Positions 1-9,878 of a DNA stretch of 64,000 nt are shown one piece after another. The notes under the pieces are model-generated. The model was not told where the DNA came from and made no database searches. It saw only the letters and a program-made list of their open reading frames with translations. Origin of the DNA: an uncultured virus (IMG/VR IMGVR_UViG_2897137741_000002) (taxonomy: Duplodnaviria; Heunggongvirae; Uroviricota; Caudoviricetes); the IMG/VR virus record IMGVR_UViG_2897137741_000002, positions 62,001 through 126,000 of that record; one strand, given 5' to 3'. The translations under genes were made by a program, and so were the position numbers. How positions within the stretch are numbered: position 1 is the first letter of the stretch; the number at the start of each line of letters is the position of its first letter.

Positions 1-19
1 AAACACTATTCCACTTATT

Positions 20-580
20 TTACGAGTATAGAAGACTCGCTAACCCGGAAAAATTTTGATGACCGCATAATAAGCCCCAAAGCTTACAAGGGCTTTATTT
101 AAAGGGAAGGAAGACGCATCTGCCTTACCTAAGTGTAAGCCGAAGCAGTACACCGTAATTAATATTCAGGCTACATGTCACCCATAGTAAGACTGTGATG
201 GGATTCACCCTACAAAACAGCAATTTTTCAGCTTGAGTAGCATAGGTCTTACCGACATGTTTAGCCCGATAATAGCCATTTACCTGTCTCCTTAAGATAC
301 AGACATCCGAGTTAACCTCGCACCCTCATAAATGACTACTATCCGACTAACTGCAATGACCAACCGCAATTTTGTGTCAGAATGATACAGAAAATAGGGG
401 AGTAGATATTGTTTAATCAATAAAAGCTAGTCCACACAGAAGAGGAATCTCCACTAATGTTCATTCAAATTAGTCTGTATCTTCATAATGAACATTAGTC
501 GAGAACTGATATCCCATATATTAGTAATCAACGGTTGATTGACAACACCCCAATGTTGGCAATCAAATAATCTCTCTTAA
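20..580 (-). ncRNA. Candidate large structured non-coding RNA (may continue beyond window start)
   Basis: No ORF in the track. Many stems: 169-179/254-266, ~449-503, 535-566, 104-130, 133-153 (UUCG loop on minus strand). Long-range complementarities 294-304/473-483 and 187-193/246-252. Confidence 0.5.
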
Positions 581-590
581 CACCTGAAGT

Positions 591-670
591 GAATGCAGAC
601 GAGGATTTGCACCTCGCATAAGTTTACGGCCCTTCGGCTTGTATGTGTCTACCTATTCCACCACCGCATT
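591..670 (-). tRNA. tRNA-like element with a non-canonical anticodon arm
   Basis: Minus strand: acceptor AAUGCGG/CUGCAUU, U8-G9, Leu-type D arm GUGGAAUAGGUAGACAC, T arm CGAGG-UGCAAAU-CCUCG. No canonical 5-bp/7-nt anticodon arm and no encoded CCA. Confidence 0.5.
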
Positions 671-716
671 TACAGGTGAAGAGAGGGGAGAGATGCTAAT
701 CCCTCATTATAGATTG

Positions 717-992
717 TTAAGCTTTCACTGCATCTTTGAGAGCTTTTGCAGCCTTGAAGGCAGGTGCTTTTGTTGCCGGAATATCAATTTCCTCGCCTGA
801 TTGCGGATTTCTCCCTTTACGTGCTGCACGTTCGCGGACTTCAAATGTACCAACTCCAGGAATCTTGATTGATTCACCTTTTGCTAGTGTTTCAACAATA
901 ACATCAAATACTGCTTCTACTTTAGGAGTAGCTTCTTTCTTAGGAACACCTAATTTTTCTGCAACTGCTCCAACAAATTCTGTTTTGTTCAT
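717..992 (-). CDS. yonN: HU-family DNA-binding protein
   Basis: Classic HU motifs (GVGTFEVRERAARKGRNPQSGEEIDIPA); RBS GGAGG. Confidence 0.95.
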   Translation of the reverse strand: MNKTEFVGAVAEKLGVPKKEATPKVEAVFDVIVETLAKGESIKIPGVGTFEVRERAARKGRNPQSGEEIDIPATKAPAFKAAKALKDAVKA

Positions 993-1252
993 GTTTTAAT
1001 TCCTCCTAGTGATTTTGGTTATTTTTTGTTAAAGTATAATTACGGTAACGTTTGTGCTTCTATTGAAAAATGGGAGACGTACTCACCCTTATATGTGGAA
1101 ATTAGCTTTCTTTCTCCCTTATGGCGATTATCTATTTTCTGACTAAAAATCGCTCAATCCCTTGTCCCGCAAGGATTTAAAGTCCCTTGGTTTTTGCTGG
1201 TTTTTACATATAGAGCCAGAAACCCTTATGTACCAAGGGTTCAAGGCACTTT

Positions 1253-3778
1253 CTAAACCGTTACACTTCTAAATCTTCTTACTCGTTCCTTTGTTTTTTC
1301 TTTTTCTCTCTTACTTCCACACCCTTCACAAAGCCTTTGTCTATTAGAGGATGGAGAGAATAAAAGATCGCAATCATCACACCTCTTCATGTCCTTTAAA
1401 TTAACTTTTAAATTATTAAGCATAATATCACCAAAACATTCCCATAGGGTGGCTTTGAACTTGCTTTTCTTCTTGTAAAGGTGTTTAACTAAAACATCAA
1501 CTATGTATTGTTCCTTATTATGTACTTCCAGTAATCGATCCTTAATTATCTTATAAACATAAAGCTTTTGACCTGGTTTCGTTTCTTCGTCCCTATTCAT
1601 TAACCACTTTTTGTTGCGATCAAGTCTGGTATACATTTTAATTATCGATTCATCTAATCTAGTATTCTTATTTTTCAACAATAACTGATAATCAAAGTGA
1701 CCAGCGACAGACCTAAAATTAATTCTATCAGAAGGAATAATTTGTTCTAACCTGTTTACTGTACTGTTATTAAGTTTTTCAACATTATTTTCTTCTTTAT
1801 CCTTTGCATTGATGAAGAAGTAGGGGACTTTATTTTTTATGTAATCTTTGATTTGCTCATCAACATGATCAGGGCGGGTGGGCATGAAAAGCGTCTTTGC
1901 AAAATCGATAGTAAAGTTATTCTCCATGCATAACCATTTGATCACGTCCAGGTTTATATTGGCACTGTTCCATATCTTAGTGATATTGTTACTGTACTCC
2001 CCGATATTGATCCCATAAGCAAGAGTTAGTGCTTCATAGATGTTTCTGCTATTAATCTCTTGTTTCTGGGCTACTGACATTTCATAATACAAAGGAACGA
2101 TGTTCTCCATATTACGCTTGGCAATATTGACGATCAGCTCATCAGAAATAATTAAGGCCTTATCCCCGTCATTGTCAAACTGCAGCAGTTTCGATATCGG
2201 ATCATGAATACTGGTATAAACACCTGGGGTAATAAACCACTTTTCATATTCCTCATCTTTTTTGTTCCACCTAACTCCATGCTCTCTGTATAGGTGAGGA
2301 GAGCGGAGGATATCAATATACCCTTCATCATATAAAGAACAATGGACATCGCTTCCGGTGAGGAGTCCTTTCGGATTCTCAATTCCAAGAAACAATCTTT
2401 CACAAAAAGCGTATAGATCAGGACATAAATATGTATACCTGGCGTCACTGACAAGTAATTTCCCTGATTTGGCGTCCTTAATCATACTCTTCTTCTTATT
2501 CTTAATGATTTCTTTGGTATGGTCATCATTTAGCAGCTCAGGATATATTAGTAGAGCTTCTTGAAGGCTTGTCTTATGTTTATTTTTCTCGGTAGCCCCT
2601 AAAACTTTCATCATTGTTTCTTTATCAGTGCCTAATTGAGTAATCTCACTAACAGTTTTTGAGCTGATTTGTTTTAATTCCTCATCTGTGATATCAGTGA
2701 GTGTTTGTAGCATCTGGTAAGTCAGTTTTCCCTCAACAGATGGATCTTCTTCATTTAATTTAGCTCCTAAACATCCATACTTTTTAAATTTATAGCGATA
2801 ATCATCCCATGAATCATAGTACTTCCACATCTTAAACTGGCTTTTCGTAAAAATTATTTGGATATCATCTTTAATAATGTCCCATTCTTTACCGTAGACG
2901 TCCTTAACTATAAATGAACTGTGTTTTTCAGCAAACTTTCTAAAATCAAATGGAACTAGCAGACCCTTAACCCAAGGTAATCTGACCATAAAGCTTTTCT
3001 GGCTCAAACTGGGAAGCATCATTCCGCAACCATCTGTATGTTCTATAGGAATATCCATAACTTTACGAGTGATTTCATATGTATCACGGTCAATATAATC
3101 AACCAGGCTGGAAACGTTTGTTTCTAAGTCATTTACGACAATTGTTTTATCAATATCAATTTCCCATGGACTGCTGGCGCTATTAGATAAGGCCATGTAG
3201 CTATTCCATTTGTTTATGCTGCTTCCACCTTGAGCATTGATTTGCTCCACACTAAGGCCACAAGTTAAAGCATTTTGATACTTATCTAAGGTGCTTTGCT
3301 TGATAAAACAAGATTTTTTGGTTCGTATTTGACCGGCACTGCTAGTGAAATAAACGTATTTCTCATTGTTATGTATGAATCCTTTATCAATAATGTCCCT
3401 TAAAATTTGAAAGTGATAAGTTTGGACAACCATGATTTCTTCAGAGAGAGAGTTTTCTTTGATTCCCAACGTTCGAGTTAAGACTGAATCAAATAATGAA
3501 ATCACATTATTATCTTTCAGGGAATCTGTTCTAAGTGTTCTTATTTGATTATGATTGTTAAAGGCGTTATAAAGATTTTCTTTTAAGGAAATAATCCTTT
3601 GCGTTATGTACTTCTTATGTTTTTTATCAACATGTTCAAGTTTTTTGAGATGATCTCTGTACCTATATGATTTTAAAATCTTGTTATGTAATTTGTTTTC
3701 TTGATCATTATAAAAAGCAGAAGTATCAATACTGTAAATATGTACTTGCTTATTTAGGCCATCTTTTTTTCCTTTCAA
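1253..3778 (-). CDS. yonO: Single-subunit phage RNA polymerase YonO
   Basis: 841 aa, catalytic DxDGD (FDNDGD), C-terminal CxxC pairs, SPbeta synteny. Confidence 0.93.
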   Translation of the reverse strand: MKGKKDGLNKQVHIYSIDTSAFYNDQENKLHNKILKSYRYRDHLKKLEHVDKKHKKYITQRIISLKENLYNAFNNHNQIRTLRTDSLKDNNVISLFDSVLTRTLGIKENSLSEEIMVVQTYHFQILRDIIDKGFIHNNEKYVYFTSSAGQIRTKKSCFIKQSTLDKYQNALTCGLSVEQINAQGGSSINKWNSYMALSNSASSPWEIDIDKTIVVNDLETNVSSLVDYIDRDTYEITRKVMDIPIEHTDGCGMMLPSLSQKSFMVRLPWVKGLLVPFDFRKFAEKHSSFIVKDVYGKEWDIIKDDIQIIFTKSQFKMWKYYDSWDDYRYKFKKYGCLGAKLNEEDPSVEGKLTYQMLQTLTDITDEELKQISSKTVSEITQLGTDKETMMKVLGATEKNKHKTSLQEALLIYPELLNDDHTKEIIKNKKKSMIKDAKSGKLLVSDARYTYLCPDLYAFCERLFLGIENPKGLLTGSDVHCSLYDEGYIDILRSPHLYREHGVRWNKKDEEYEKWFITPGVYTSIHDPISKLLQFDNDGDKALIISDELIVNIAKRNMENIVPLYYEMSVAQKQEINSRNIYEALTLAYGINIGEYSNNITKIWNSANINLDVIKWLCMENNFTIDFAKTLFMPTRPDHVDEQIKDYIKNKVPYFFINAKDKEENNVEKLNNSTVNRLEQIIPSDRINFRSVAGHFDYQLLLKNKNTRLDESIIKMYTRLDRNKKWLMNRDEETKPGQKLYVYKIIKDRLLEVHNKEQYIVDVLVKHLYKKKSKFKATLWECFGDIMLNNLKVNLKDMKRCDDCDLLFSPSSNRQRLCEGCGSKREKEKTKERVRRFRSVTV

Positions 3779-3817
3779 TAAATTCTCCCCTTATTACTTT
3801 TATGCATATTTTTTGAT

Positions 3818-4012
3818 TTAATAGTCGCTTTTTAGATACTTATGGACAAGATTTTTGTATGTATAGCTCTTTTTATCGATTGCCCCAAACAGTTTATAGT
3901 CCTCATAAAGAGTGTTTTCTTCTTGGGAAGCAGTTCCTTCAATAATAGTAGTCTCTAAAAATCCAATTAAATTACTAAACATGTACGTTACTTTCTTTGA
4001 ATCCTTTTGCAT
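3818..4012 (-). CDS. yonP: Small phage protein
   Basis: 64 aa, RBS GGAGGTG, upstream of yonO. Confidence 0.75.
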   Translation of the reverse strand: MQKDSKKVTYMFSNLIGFLETTIIEGTASQEENTLYEDYKLFGAIDKKSYTYKNLVHKYLKSDY

Positions 4013-4038
4013 TATCTCACCTCCTCACCTACGAGATA

Positions 4039-4067
4039 ATTATATACATATTATTTGTATTTGTCTA
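4039..4067 (-). promoter_or_regulatory. SigA promoter with SPBRE-like operator as spacer (yonP-yonO)
   Basis: TAGACA-17 nt (AATACAAATAATATGTA)-TATAAT on the minus strand. Confidence 0.8.
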
Positions 4068-4897
4068 TTGTTTTTTCGCTAGTATGTTAACAGCTCCAGG
4101 TTATTGAGATGAATTCTAAGCCATATAAGTGATTATCGTAATCTAAAAACATGCCTATCGTAAATAATATGATAGAGTTCAAAAACCCAGTAAACGTAAG
4201 GGTATTTGATGCATCGAATGGTGATTAGGGATAAAACGATCGTAAAACATAAGTGAGAGTAGGGGGAAGTGGCTGTTTTATCTAAATATTGATGAAAACG
4301 AGGTAATTTGAAAAGGGGAAAACGTTGATATAAAAGGCTTTTACGATAGCGATTACGATGTGAAAAAGTGTGATTTTGAGGTGAAATTAGGAAAATGAAA
4401 ATTTGGATAGGGTGTGGAAATGGAAGTGCTATGGGTACATCCGTTCCCTTTATTTTACCATTAGATGTAAATATACCCCCATATATTGGTATTGTAATAC
4501 GTGTATAAGGAACATTATACGTGCATTTAATGACTTGGACAGGTCTGCACCAGTGCTATCATAATTCCAGGCCAAACACAAGAATTAATTTTTAAAAAAT
4601 AAATTGGTTATCAATTTGAAAATGAATAACCATTCATTAAAAATAATCGTTATTATAACGAATCCGAGGGAATCGAAGACATATTTATTTTATCCTTATC
4701 CTAATCACTATACATAACCATATCTTATCCAATCATATATCCTACACTAACCACTCATCACACTCACACGCTCTCAAATTGAATTTAACACGTCTCTAAG
4801 CATCTTTAATCGATTCCATATCCAATTACATTCTTGTTCATTCAAACAGCACACAAAGCATCTCAACACCATCCATCAACACACAAATATCTCACTT

Positions 4898-4918
4898 CAA
4901 ATATAAAAAATATGTATA
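4898..4918 (+). promoter_or_regulatory. SPBRE-like operator upstream of yonT
   Basis: CAAATATAAAAAATATGTATA, same motif as the other copies. Confidence 0.7.
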
Positions 4919-4970
4919 TAAAAACAATGAATTATGTTATAATAGAGTCATAGGAAAGGAGGTGTACATA

Positions 4971-5147
4971 GTGCTTGAGAAAGTGGGTATCATAGTTGCT
5001 TTCCTCATATCTTTAACGGTTCTTACAATCAACAGTCTAACAATAGTTGAGAAGGTAAGAAACCTAAAGAATGGGACAAGCAAAAAGAAAAAGCGTATAC
5101 GCAAGCGGCTCCGACCAAAGAGACAACGCCAACGTATACGCCGATGA
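4971..5147 (+). CDS. yonT: Type I toxin YonT
   Basis: 58 aa from GTG; hydrophobic N-terminus and highly basic C-terminal tail (KKKKRIRKRLRPKRQRQRIRR). Confidence 0.9.
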   Translation: MLEKVGIIVAFLISLTVLTINSLTIVEKVRNLKNGTSKKKKRIRKRLRPKRQRQRIRR

Positions 5148-5250
5148 GAGATAAGCTAAAGGGGAATGAACTTCTCCTTTAGTTCCTACCCATATTATAA
5201 CATGATCAAGCACATTGCAAACATGAAACGATTCTCATTATGGTTTACCC
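5080..5250 (-). ncRNA. Probable SR6-like antisense antitoxin RNA (ends approximate)
   Basis: Inferred from the known SPbeta yonT/yoyJ/SR6 arrangement; hairpin at ~5154-5184. Confidence 0.4.
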
Positions 5251-5417
5251 ATATCACATTCATTGGCTTATTCTTAATGTTTCAACTCATTAAGGATTAC
5301 TTCAGCAGCGAAGCACAAACACTAATCAATATAATATTCATAGTCACATGTATCATTGCCATATTGTTGTGGATCATCTATTTTGTATTCCTTAAACTAA
5401 GAAACAAGTCACACTAA
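5166..5417 (+). CDS. yoyJ: Small membrane protein
   Basis: 83 aa, two hydrophobic segments, follows yonT. Confidence 0.7.
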   Translation: MNFSFSSYPYYNMIKHIANMKRFSLWFTHITFIGLFLMFQLIKDYFSSEAQTLINIIFIVTCIIAILLWIIYFVFLKLRNKSH

Positions 5418-5461
5418 TCTTATAGGCCTCATGGTATAATTAAATCATTGAGGTGAGATGA

Positions 5462-5650
5462 TTGGAGAAAAAATTCCTGGATGCTATTCGGCAGCTGACA
5501 AAGGAATTGGAAATGCTCAAGAAAGATATTGACTCCATCAAAGAAGCAACTGTCAGAATTGATAAAGACCTTTTAGAGTACAGAGAAGAGATAAGCAAAG
5601 TAAAACAAGGTGATTCAGTATTAATCATGCAGCAACATAAGGATAATTAA
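5462..5650 (+). CDS. yonU: Small coiled-coil protein
   Basis: 62 aa, RBS GAGGTG, synteny. Confidence 0.7.
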   Translation: MEKKFLDAIRQLTKELEMLKKDIDSIKEATVRIDKDLLEYREEISKVKQGDSVLIMQQHKDN

Positions 5651-5661
5651 ATATGCGTTAT

Positions 5662-5702
5662 AAATAAGGGAGCGGTAAGGCAATTATCGTTCCTTATTTT
5701 TC
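5662..5702 (+). terminator. Intrinsic terminator
   Basis: AAATAAGGGAGCGGTAA...TTATCGTTCCTTATTTTT hairpin with T tract. Confidence 0.7.
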
Positions 5703-5731
5703 AATACAAAATTAAAATATAAGGAGAATAT

Positions 5732-6949
5732 ATGGAAAGAGTTAAAGTGATCGATTCTATTATGGGTAGCGGTAAAACATCTGCAGCAATTGACATGATA
5801 AATAATTCAGGGACAGACGAAAATTTTATTTTCATTACACCGTACTTGGATGAAGTGGATCGCATTAAGAAGAGCATAAGCAGTAAACAAATTTATGAAC
5901 CTAAAGTAAAGAAGAAAGGTGACAAAACACAATATAAGTTTGAGTCATTTCATGAACTTTTATCTCAGAACAAAAATATTGTTGCTACACATAATCTATT
6001 CAAAAATGCTAATGACGAAACAAAGGAGCTGATCCTTTCAGGCAACTATACATTGATATTAGATGAAGTTATGGAAGTAGTTGAACAGTTACGTGTTAAG
6101 AAGCATGATCTAACTACACTATTTGAATCAAAGTTAATATATGTTGAAGGCGGATTTGTCAAATGGAATGAAGAAAAAAAGGACTATGAAACACGTTATG
6201 ATGATATTCGCGATATGGCTTTAAACAATAATCTGATGTACTTTAAAGACAATATATTGATTTGGAATTTTCCTGCAGATATATTCAAGTTGTTTAAAGA
6301 AGTTTATATACTCACTTACATGTTTGATGCTCAAATACAAAGATATTATTATGATATAAACAATATCAAGTATCAAAAATACGTTTCTGAATTTATAGAT
6401 GGGCAATACAGGTTTACTAAACATAATACTGAATATGAGAGTATTCTAAAGGCTCAATTAAGAAATAAAATAAAAATATATGAAGGTAACTTAAATACAG
6501 TTGGCCAATTGGATTATTCATTATCATCTAATTGGTATAAAAATAAATCACCATATACGATCAAGAAGGTAAAGAACAATGTATTCAATTACTTTAACAA
6601 CATTGTTAAGTCATCAAGTGATGAAGCTATGTGGACGACTTATTCAGAACACAAAAACAAAGTAAAGGGGAATGGATATACAAAAGGGTTTGTGTCATGT
6701 AATGCAAGAGCTACCAATGATTTTAAGCACAAAAAACACTTGGTGTATACAATAAACAGATACGTTAACACTGTTCTATATAATTATTTTAAAGAGAAAT
6801 ATCAAATAACAATTGATCAAGATGCATTTGCATTATCCGAATTAGTACAATGGATTTGGAGATCTGCAATTAGAGATGGTGAAGAAATAACATTATACAT
6901 ACCCTCATTAAGGATGAGGGAGCTGCTAATTGAATGGTTAAATGGGTAG
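5732..6949 (+). CDS. yonV: SF2 helicase-like P-loop ATPase, possible origin-binding protein
   Basis: Walker A MGSGKT, Walker B LILDE, C-terminal QWIWRSAIR (motif VI-like). Confidence 0.75.
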   Translation: MERVKVIDSIMGSGKTSAAIDMINNSGTDENFIFITPYLDEVDRIKKSISSKQIYEPKVKKKGDKTQYKFESFHELLSQNKNIVATHNLFKNANDETKELILSGNYTLILDEVMEVVEQLRVKKHDLTTLFESKLIYVEGGFVKWNEEKKDYETRYDDIRDMALNNNLMYFKDNILIWNFPADIFKLFKEVYILTYMFDAQIQRYYYDINNIKYQKYVSEFIDGQYRFTKHNTEYESILKAQLRNKIKIYEGNLNTVGQLDYSLSSNWYKNKSPYTIKKVKNNVFNYFNNIVKSSSDEAMWTTYSEHKNKVKGNGYTKGFVSCNARATNDFKHKKHLVYTINRYVNTVLYNYFKEKYQITIDQDAFALSELVQWIWRSAIRDGEEITLYIPSLRMRELLIEWLNG

Positions 6950-7163
6950 TTAAAGAGAATAAACCTCTTAAACTCTTAAAAAAGCTCAATAATACCAAGG
7001 GTTTTTCCGTCTAAGTCTTTAAGAGAGACAAAAATAAATTAAATAATAAAATAAGAGAATGGGGGTGCTGCTAATTGTTCAAAACGGTTCGTTCCTCACC
7101 TGAACAATTTTTGCTCACACCACCCCCAAACCCCCTCATGAGCAATTAATATTAACACTAAAT

Positions 7164-7184
7164 CAAATACAAAAAATATGTATT
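7164..7184 (+). promoter_or_regulatory. SPBRE-like operator before a SigA promoter (partial second copy at 7228)
   Basis: CAAATACAAAAAATATGTATT followed by TTGAAC-17-TATAAT. Confidence 0.7.
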
Positions 7185-7264
7185 TAATTATTGAACATTA
7201 TAGATTATCAAGTTATAATATAAATAACAAATACAAATAATATAGAAAAAAGGGGATATTTAAA

Positions 7265-7702
7265 ATGAAAACAACACTTAAAAAATTGTCTCAAAAAGAA
7301 CTTCATAATCTAATTGGAAGTACTGTTATATTAACAGAAAATCACACGACGATTTCTGGAGACAGAGTTTTAAAGAAAAAAGGATCTCAAGGGGTACTGG
7401 TTGATTATCAAATGTTTTGGGGCGAGGCCACCATCCAATTTGGCAAAAGAAATTACAAAGTTAGCATGGACATTGTTCAGCTTTTAGAGCAATCAGGGGA
7501 AATCGAACAAAAGAGCAGCGATGTATCCAAAAATGCAGAAACAGAAAAAGCTATTGAAAAGGAGTACATTTTCAAAGAGACAAGAACAGTAGACCAAATT
7601 CTTGATAAACATAATGATTATATGACTTTGTATAGAATCTTTAATGATGATGCTTATTTAGAAAAAGCAAGACAAACGTTACAGCAACTGAAAAAGTTAT
7701 AA
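7265..7702 (+). CDS. Hypothetical protein
   Basis: 145 aa, RBS AAGGGG, promoter upstream. Confidence 0.75.
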   Translation: MKTTLKKLSQKELHNLIGSTVILTENHTTISGDRVLKKKGSQGVLVDYQMFWGEATIQFGKRNYKVSMDIVQLLEQSGEIEQKSSDVSKNAETEKAIEKEYIFKETRTVDQILDKHNDYMTLYRIFNDDAYLEKARQTLQQLKKL

Positions 7703-7750
7703 GTGAATCTAAATAAAACAACAATTTTAATCAGAAAAGAGGTGTGATAG

Positions 7751-7930
7751 ATGAGTTGGGGTATATCACCAGATGCGACAAATAAAGAGAAATTGAAGGC
7801 TGAAATGGCTGATTACTTAAATGGTTTAAACTCAACAGGAGCAATAAGCTATGCAATATACAGTGAAGCATTTGATGTCTCTATGAATTTACTTGACAAA
7901 ATGTATGACTTAGGAAAGCTTGAAAAATGA
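7751..7930 (+). CDS. Hypothetical protein (59 aa, not in ORF track)
   Basis: MSWGISPDATNKEKLKAEMADYLNG...; RBS GAGGTG. Confidence 0.7.
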   Translation: MSWGISPDATNKEKLKAEMADYLNGLNSTGAISYAIYSEAFDVSMNLLDKMYDLGKLEK

Positions 7931-7948
7931 ATAGAATGTGGTGGAATT

Positions 7949-8140
7949 ATGAATACATATGTTTATTCGTTCAAGGGGTTTGATTCCGAAGCTTGTTACA
8001 CTGTTTTAGCGAAAGCTGAAAATCAAAAAGATCCGTTTGACATTATCGGGGAATGTGTTGGTTCTAGTGTAAAGCACAATATGAAAATTGATGATATTCA
8101 AGTGTTGAAATTCGATGATAATGCATTTGTTAATGATTGA
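7949..8140 (+). CDS. Hypothetical protein
   Basis: 63 aa, ends just before a repeat site. Confidence 0.6.
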   Translation: MNTYVYSFKGFDSEACYTVLAKAENQKDPFDIIGECVGSSVKHNMKIDDIQVLKFDDNAFVND

Positions 8141-8217
8141 ATCTGAATAAAACAGCAGTTTAAACCAAAATAAGTCTAGTAAGAAACAATAAACATTTAA
8201 TTCTAAGGGAAAAAGGA

Positions 8218-8523
8218 GTGTTAAACATGTACACGATTGGTCTATCGTATGACGTATCAATGGAATTGTTTTATTTGAAAAACTGGAATGGAGACATCAA
8301 AGAAGCGCTTGAAACGATTACTTTGTACGGTGATGAAAGTGTTGAGTTTGTTTTTGAAGGGAAGCCAGTTGAAACACTATATGATATTTCAAGTCTTAAA
8401 GATAAACTCGATGACTTTGAAAAGAATGATTTGTTTAGCACTTACTTCAATGAAGATCAAAAAGAATATGTTGATAAGCTATTAGAACTTTTGAAAGAAA
8501 ATTTAATCGAAGAAGACATTTAA
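8218..8523 (+). CDS. Hypothetical acidic protein
   Basis: RBS AAGGAG; start may be ATG 8227. Confidence 0.7.
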   Translation: MLNMYTIGLSYDVSMELFYLKNWNGDIKEALETITLYGDESVEFVFEGKPVETLYDISSLKDKLDDFEKNDLFSTYFNEDQKEYVDKLLELLKENLIEEDI

Positions 8524-8557
8524 ATACTTACTACAGCTTTAATGAGAGGGGTTCTAA

Positions 8558-8896
8558 GTGATGACAGTGTTAAATGAAAACAACCTTAAATTTTTATTGG
8601 ATAACGGCTTTGAACTAAAGCGGTATGAGGAGCAGGGATTAACTTTTTACACAAAAGAAATAAAAGACAACCACTCTTTGAAAAAATTAATTGAACATCA
8701 TTATGAAACTGGGGAAGATGAAGAGATTAATACAAAAGGGACTAGTTTTATCATGGAGATACAGACAAATGGGGAAACCCCTCAATGGCTTTTTACCGGT
8801 GAATACGAAAAGCTGGGTATTCTTCAAGACCAAAATCAGTTTATTGAATATATAAAAGATATCGCTAATCTAATTAGGCCAAATCTAAATAACTGA
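8558..8896 (+). CDS. Hypothetical protein
   Basis: 112 aa; stop lies inside the repeat site at 8892. Confidence 0.7.
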   Translation: MMTVLNENNLKFLLDNGFELKRYEEQGLTFYTKEIKDNHSLKKLIEHHYETGEDEEINTKGTSFIMEIQTNGETPQWLFTGEYEKLGILQDQNQFIEYIKDIANLIRPNLNN

Positions 8897-8960
8897 ATAA
8901 AACATGGATTTTAAAGTGATTTTAAGGAGGGGTCTAGACGATGTTGAAGAACCTTTTAAC

Positions 8961-9362
8961 ATGAAAGGGGTTATTAACATGCAAGTTTTAAGGATCTTTA
9001 TTGTTCATGTCTTGTCTGCGTTATCAGCTGCTGTTGTTTATGTTTTAGGCATTGATTATGATGGTTATATTCCGTACTTCTTAATAAGTGTTATTCTCTT
9101 TATCTTCTATTTAATCTTTGCTGCACCTGTTCAATATTTCTTGAATCGCACTCCAAAAAGGTTTAGCCTGAAATATTTACTCATCTACATATTCTTTTCC
9201 TTCTTAGTATGGTTAATCTTTGCTGTAACTACTGACCCAAAGTCCACCATAGACTTTCTAATGGGATATGAAATTTATTTATTTGGCATTTCATTTGGTT
9301 TAATCTTTTGGGTCTGGGACTCAGTTTTTCTGCAAAATAGGATAATGACAGCAGCTAAGTGA
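8961..9362 (+). CDS. YopD/UPF0715-like membrane protein
   Basis: Four hydrophobic segments; start 8961 or 8979. Confidence 0.65.
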   Translation: MKGVINMQVLRIFIVHVLSALSAAVVYVLGIDYDGYIPYFLISVILFIFYLIFAAPVQYFLNRTPKRFSLKYLLIYIFFSFLVWLIFAVTTDPKSTIDFLMGYEIYLFGISFGLIFWVWDSVFLQNRIMTAAK

Positions 9363-9539
9363 CTTAAGTACTCAATCCAATCTTAAGAGAGAAAAGAACC
9401 CTTATAAATCAGCTATAGATTTGACCATGAAAGCCAGATGACTATCCTTTTTAATGTTCCAACAGGTCAAGGAAAATAAAAAGCCTTGACCAATATTATA
9501 GCTTTAATGATCATTTTAAGTGATCAAAAGTAACCAGAG

Positions 9540-9776
9540 GTGAGAACACTGATTAAATCTAATTTAAAGCCCATATTAGACGAAAGGAAGATCAGTATCA
9601 GGCAGCTATCCAGAGATATTGATCATGAGTATCCGACTGTCAGAAAGCTTTATCATGACGAAATGGAGCGATATCCAAGAGAGCTGTTAGATAAAGTCTG
9701 TATATACCTAAACATTGAGTTGCATGAGTTGTTGCTATTCCAAAAAAGTCATAATCATATCGATCGCTCAGGATGA
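9540..9776 (+). CDS. yopB: Cro/Xre HTH regulator (YopB-like)
   Basis: HTH pattern [21 protein letters not shown]. Confidence 0.65.
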   Translation: MRTLIKSNLKPILDERKISIRQLSRDIDHEYPTVRKLYHDEMERYPRELLDKVCIYLNIELHELLLFQKSHNHIDRSG

Positions 9777-9878
9777 AAATGGTATACTAAAGTTACAAGC
9801 ATAGGAAGTAATTACAATTTTTCTAGGTCTACATAAAATCGTACTTTTATGAAAGTAGATTAAACAAGTCAGCTAAAA

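Noticed and set aside
591..670. Functional decoding tRNA-Leu
   Set aside because: No canonical anticodon stem-loop, so no anticodon can be assigned; kept only as a tRNA-like element.
736..999. Plus-strand ORF over yonN, and the other antisense or nested ORFs in the track (e.g. 12821, 30289, 41640, 50653)
   Set aside because: Shadows of well-supported genes, with no RBS or recognisable motifs.
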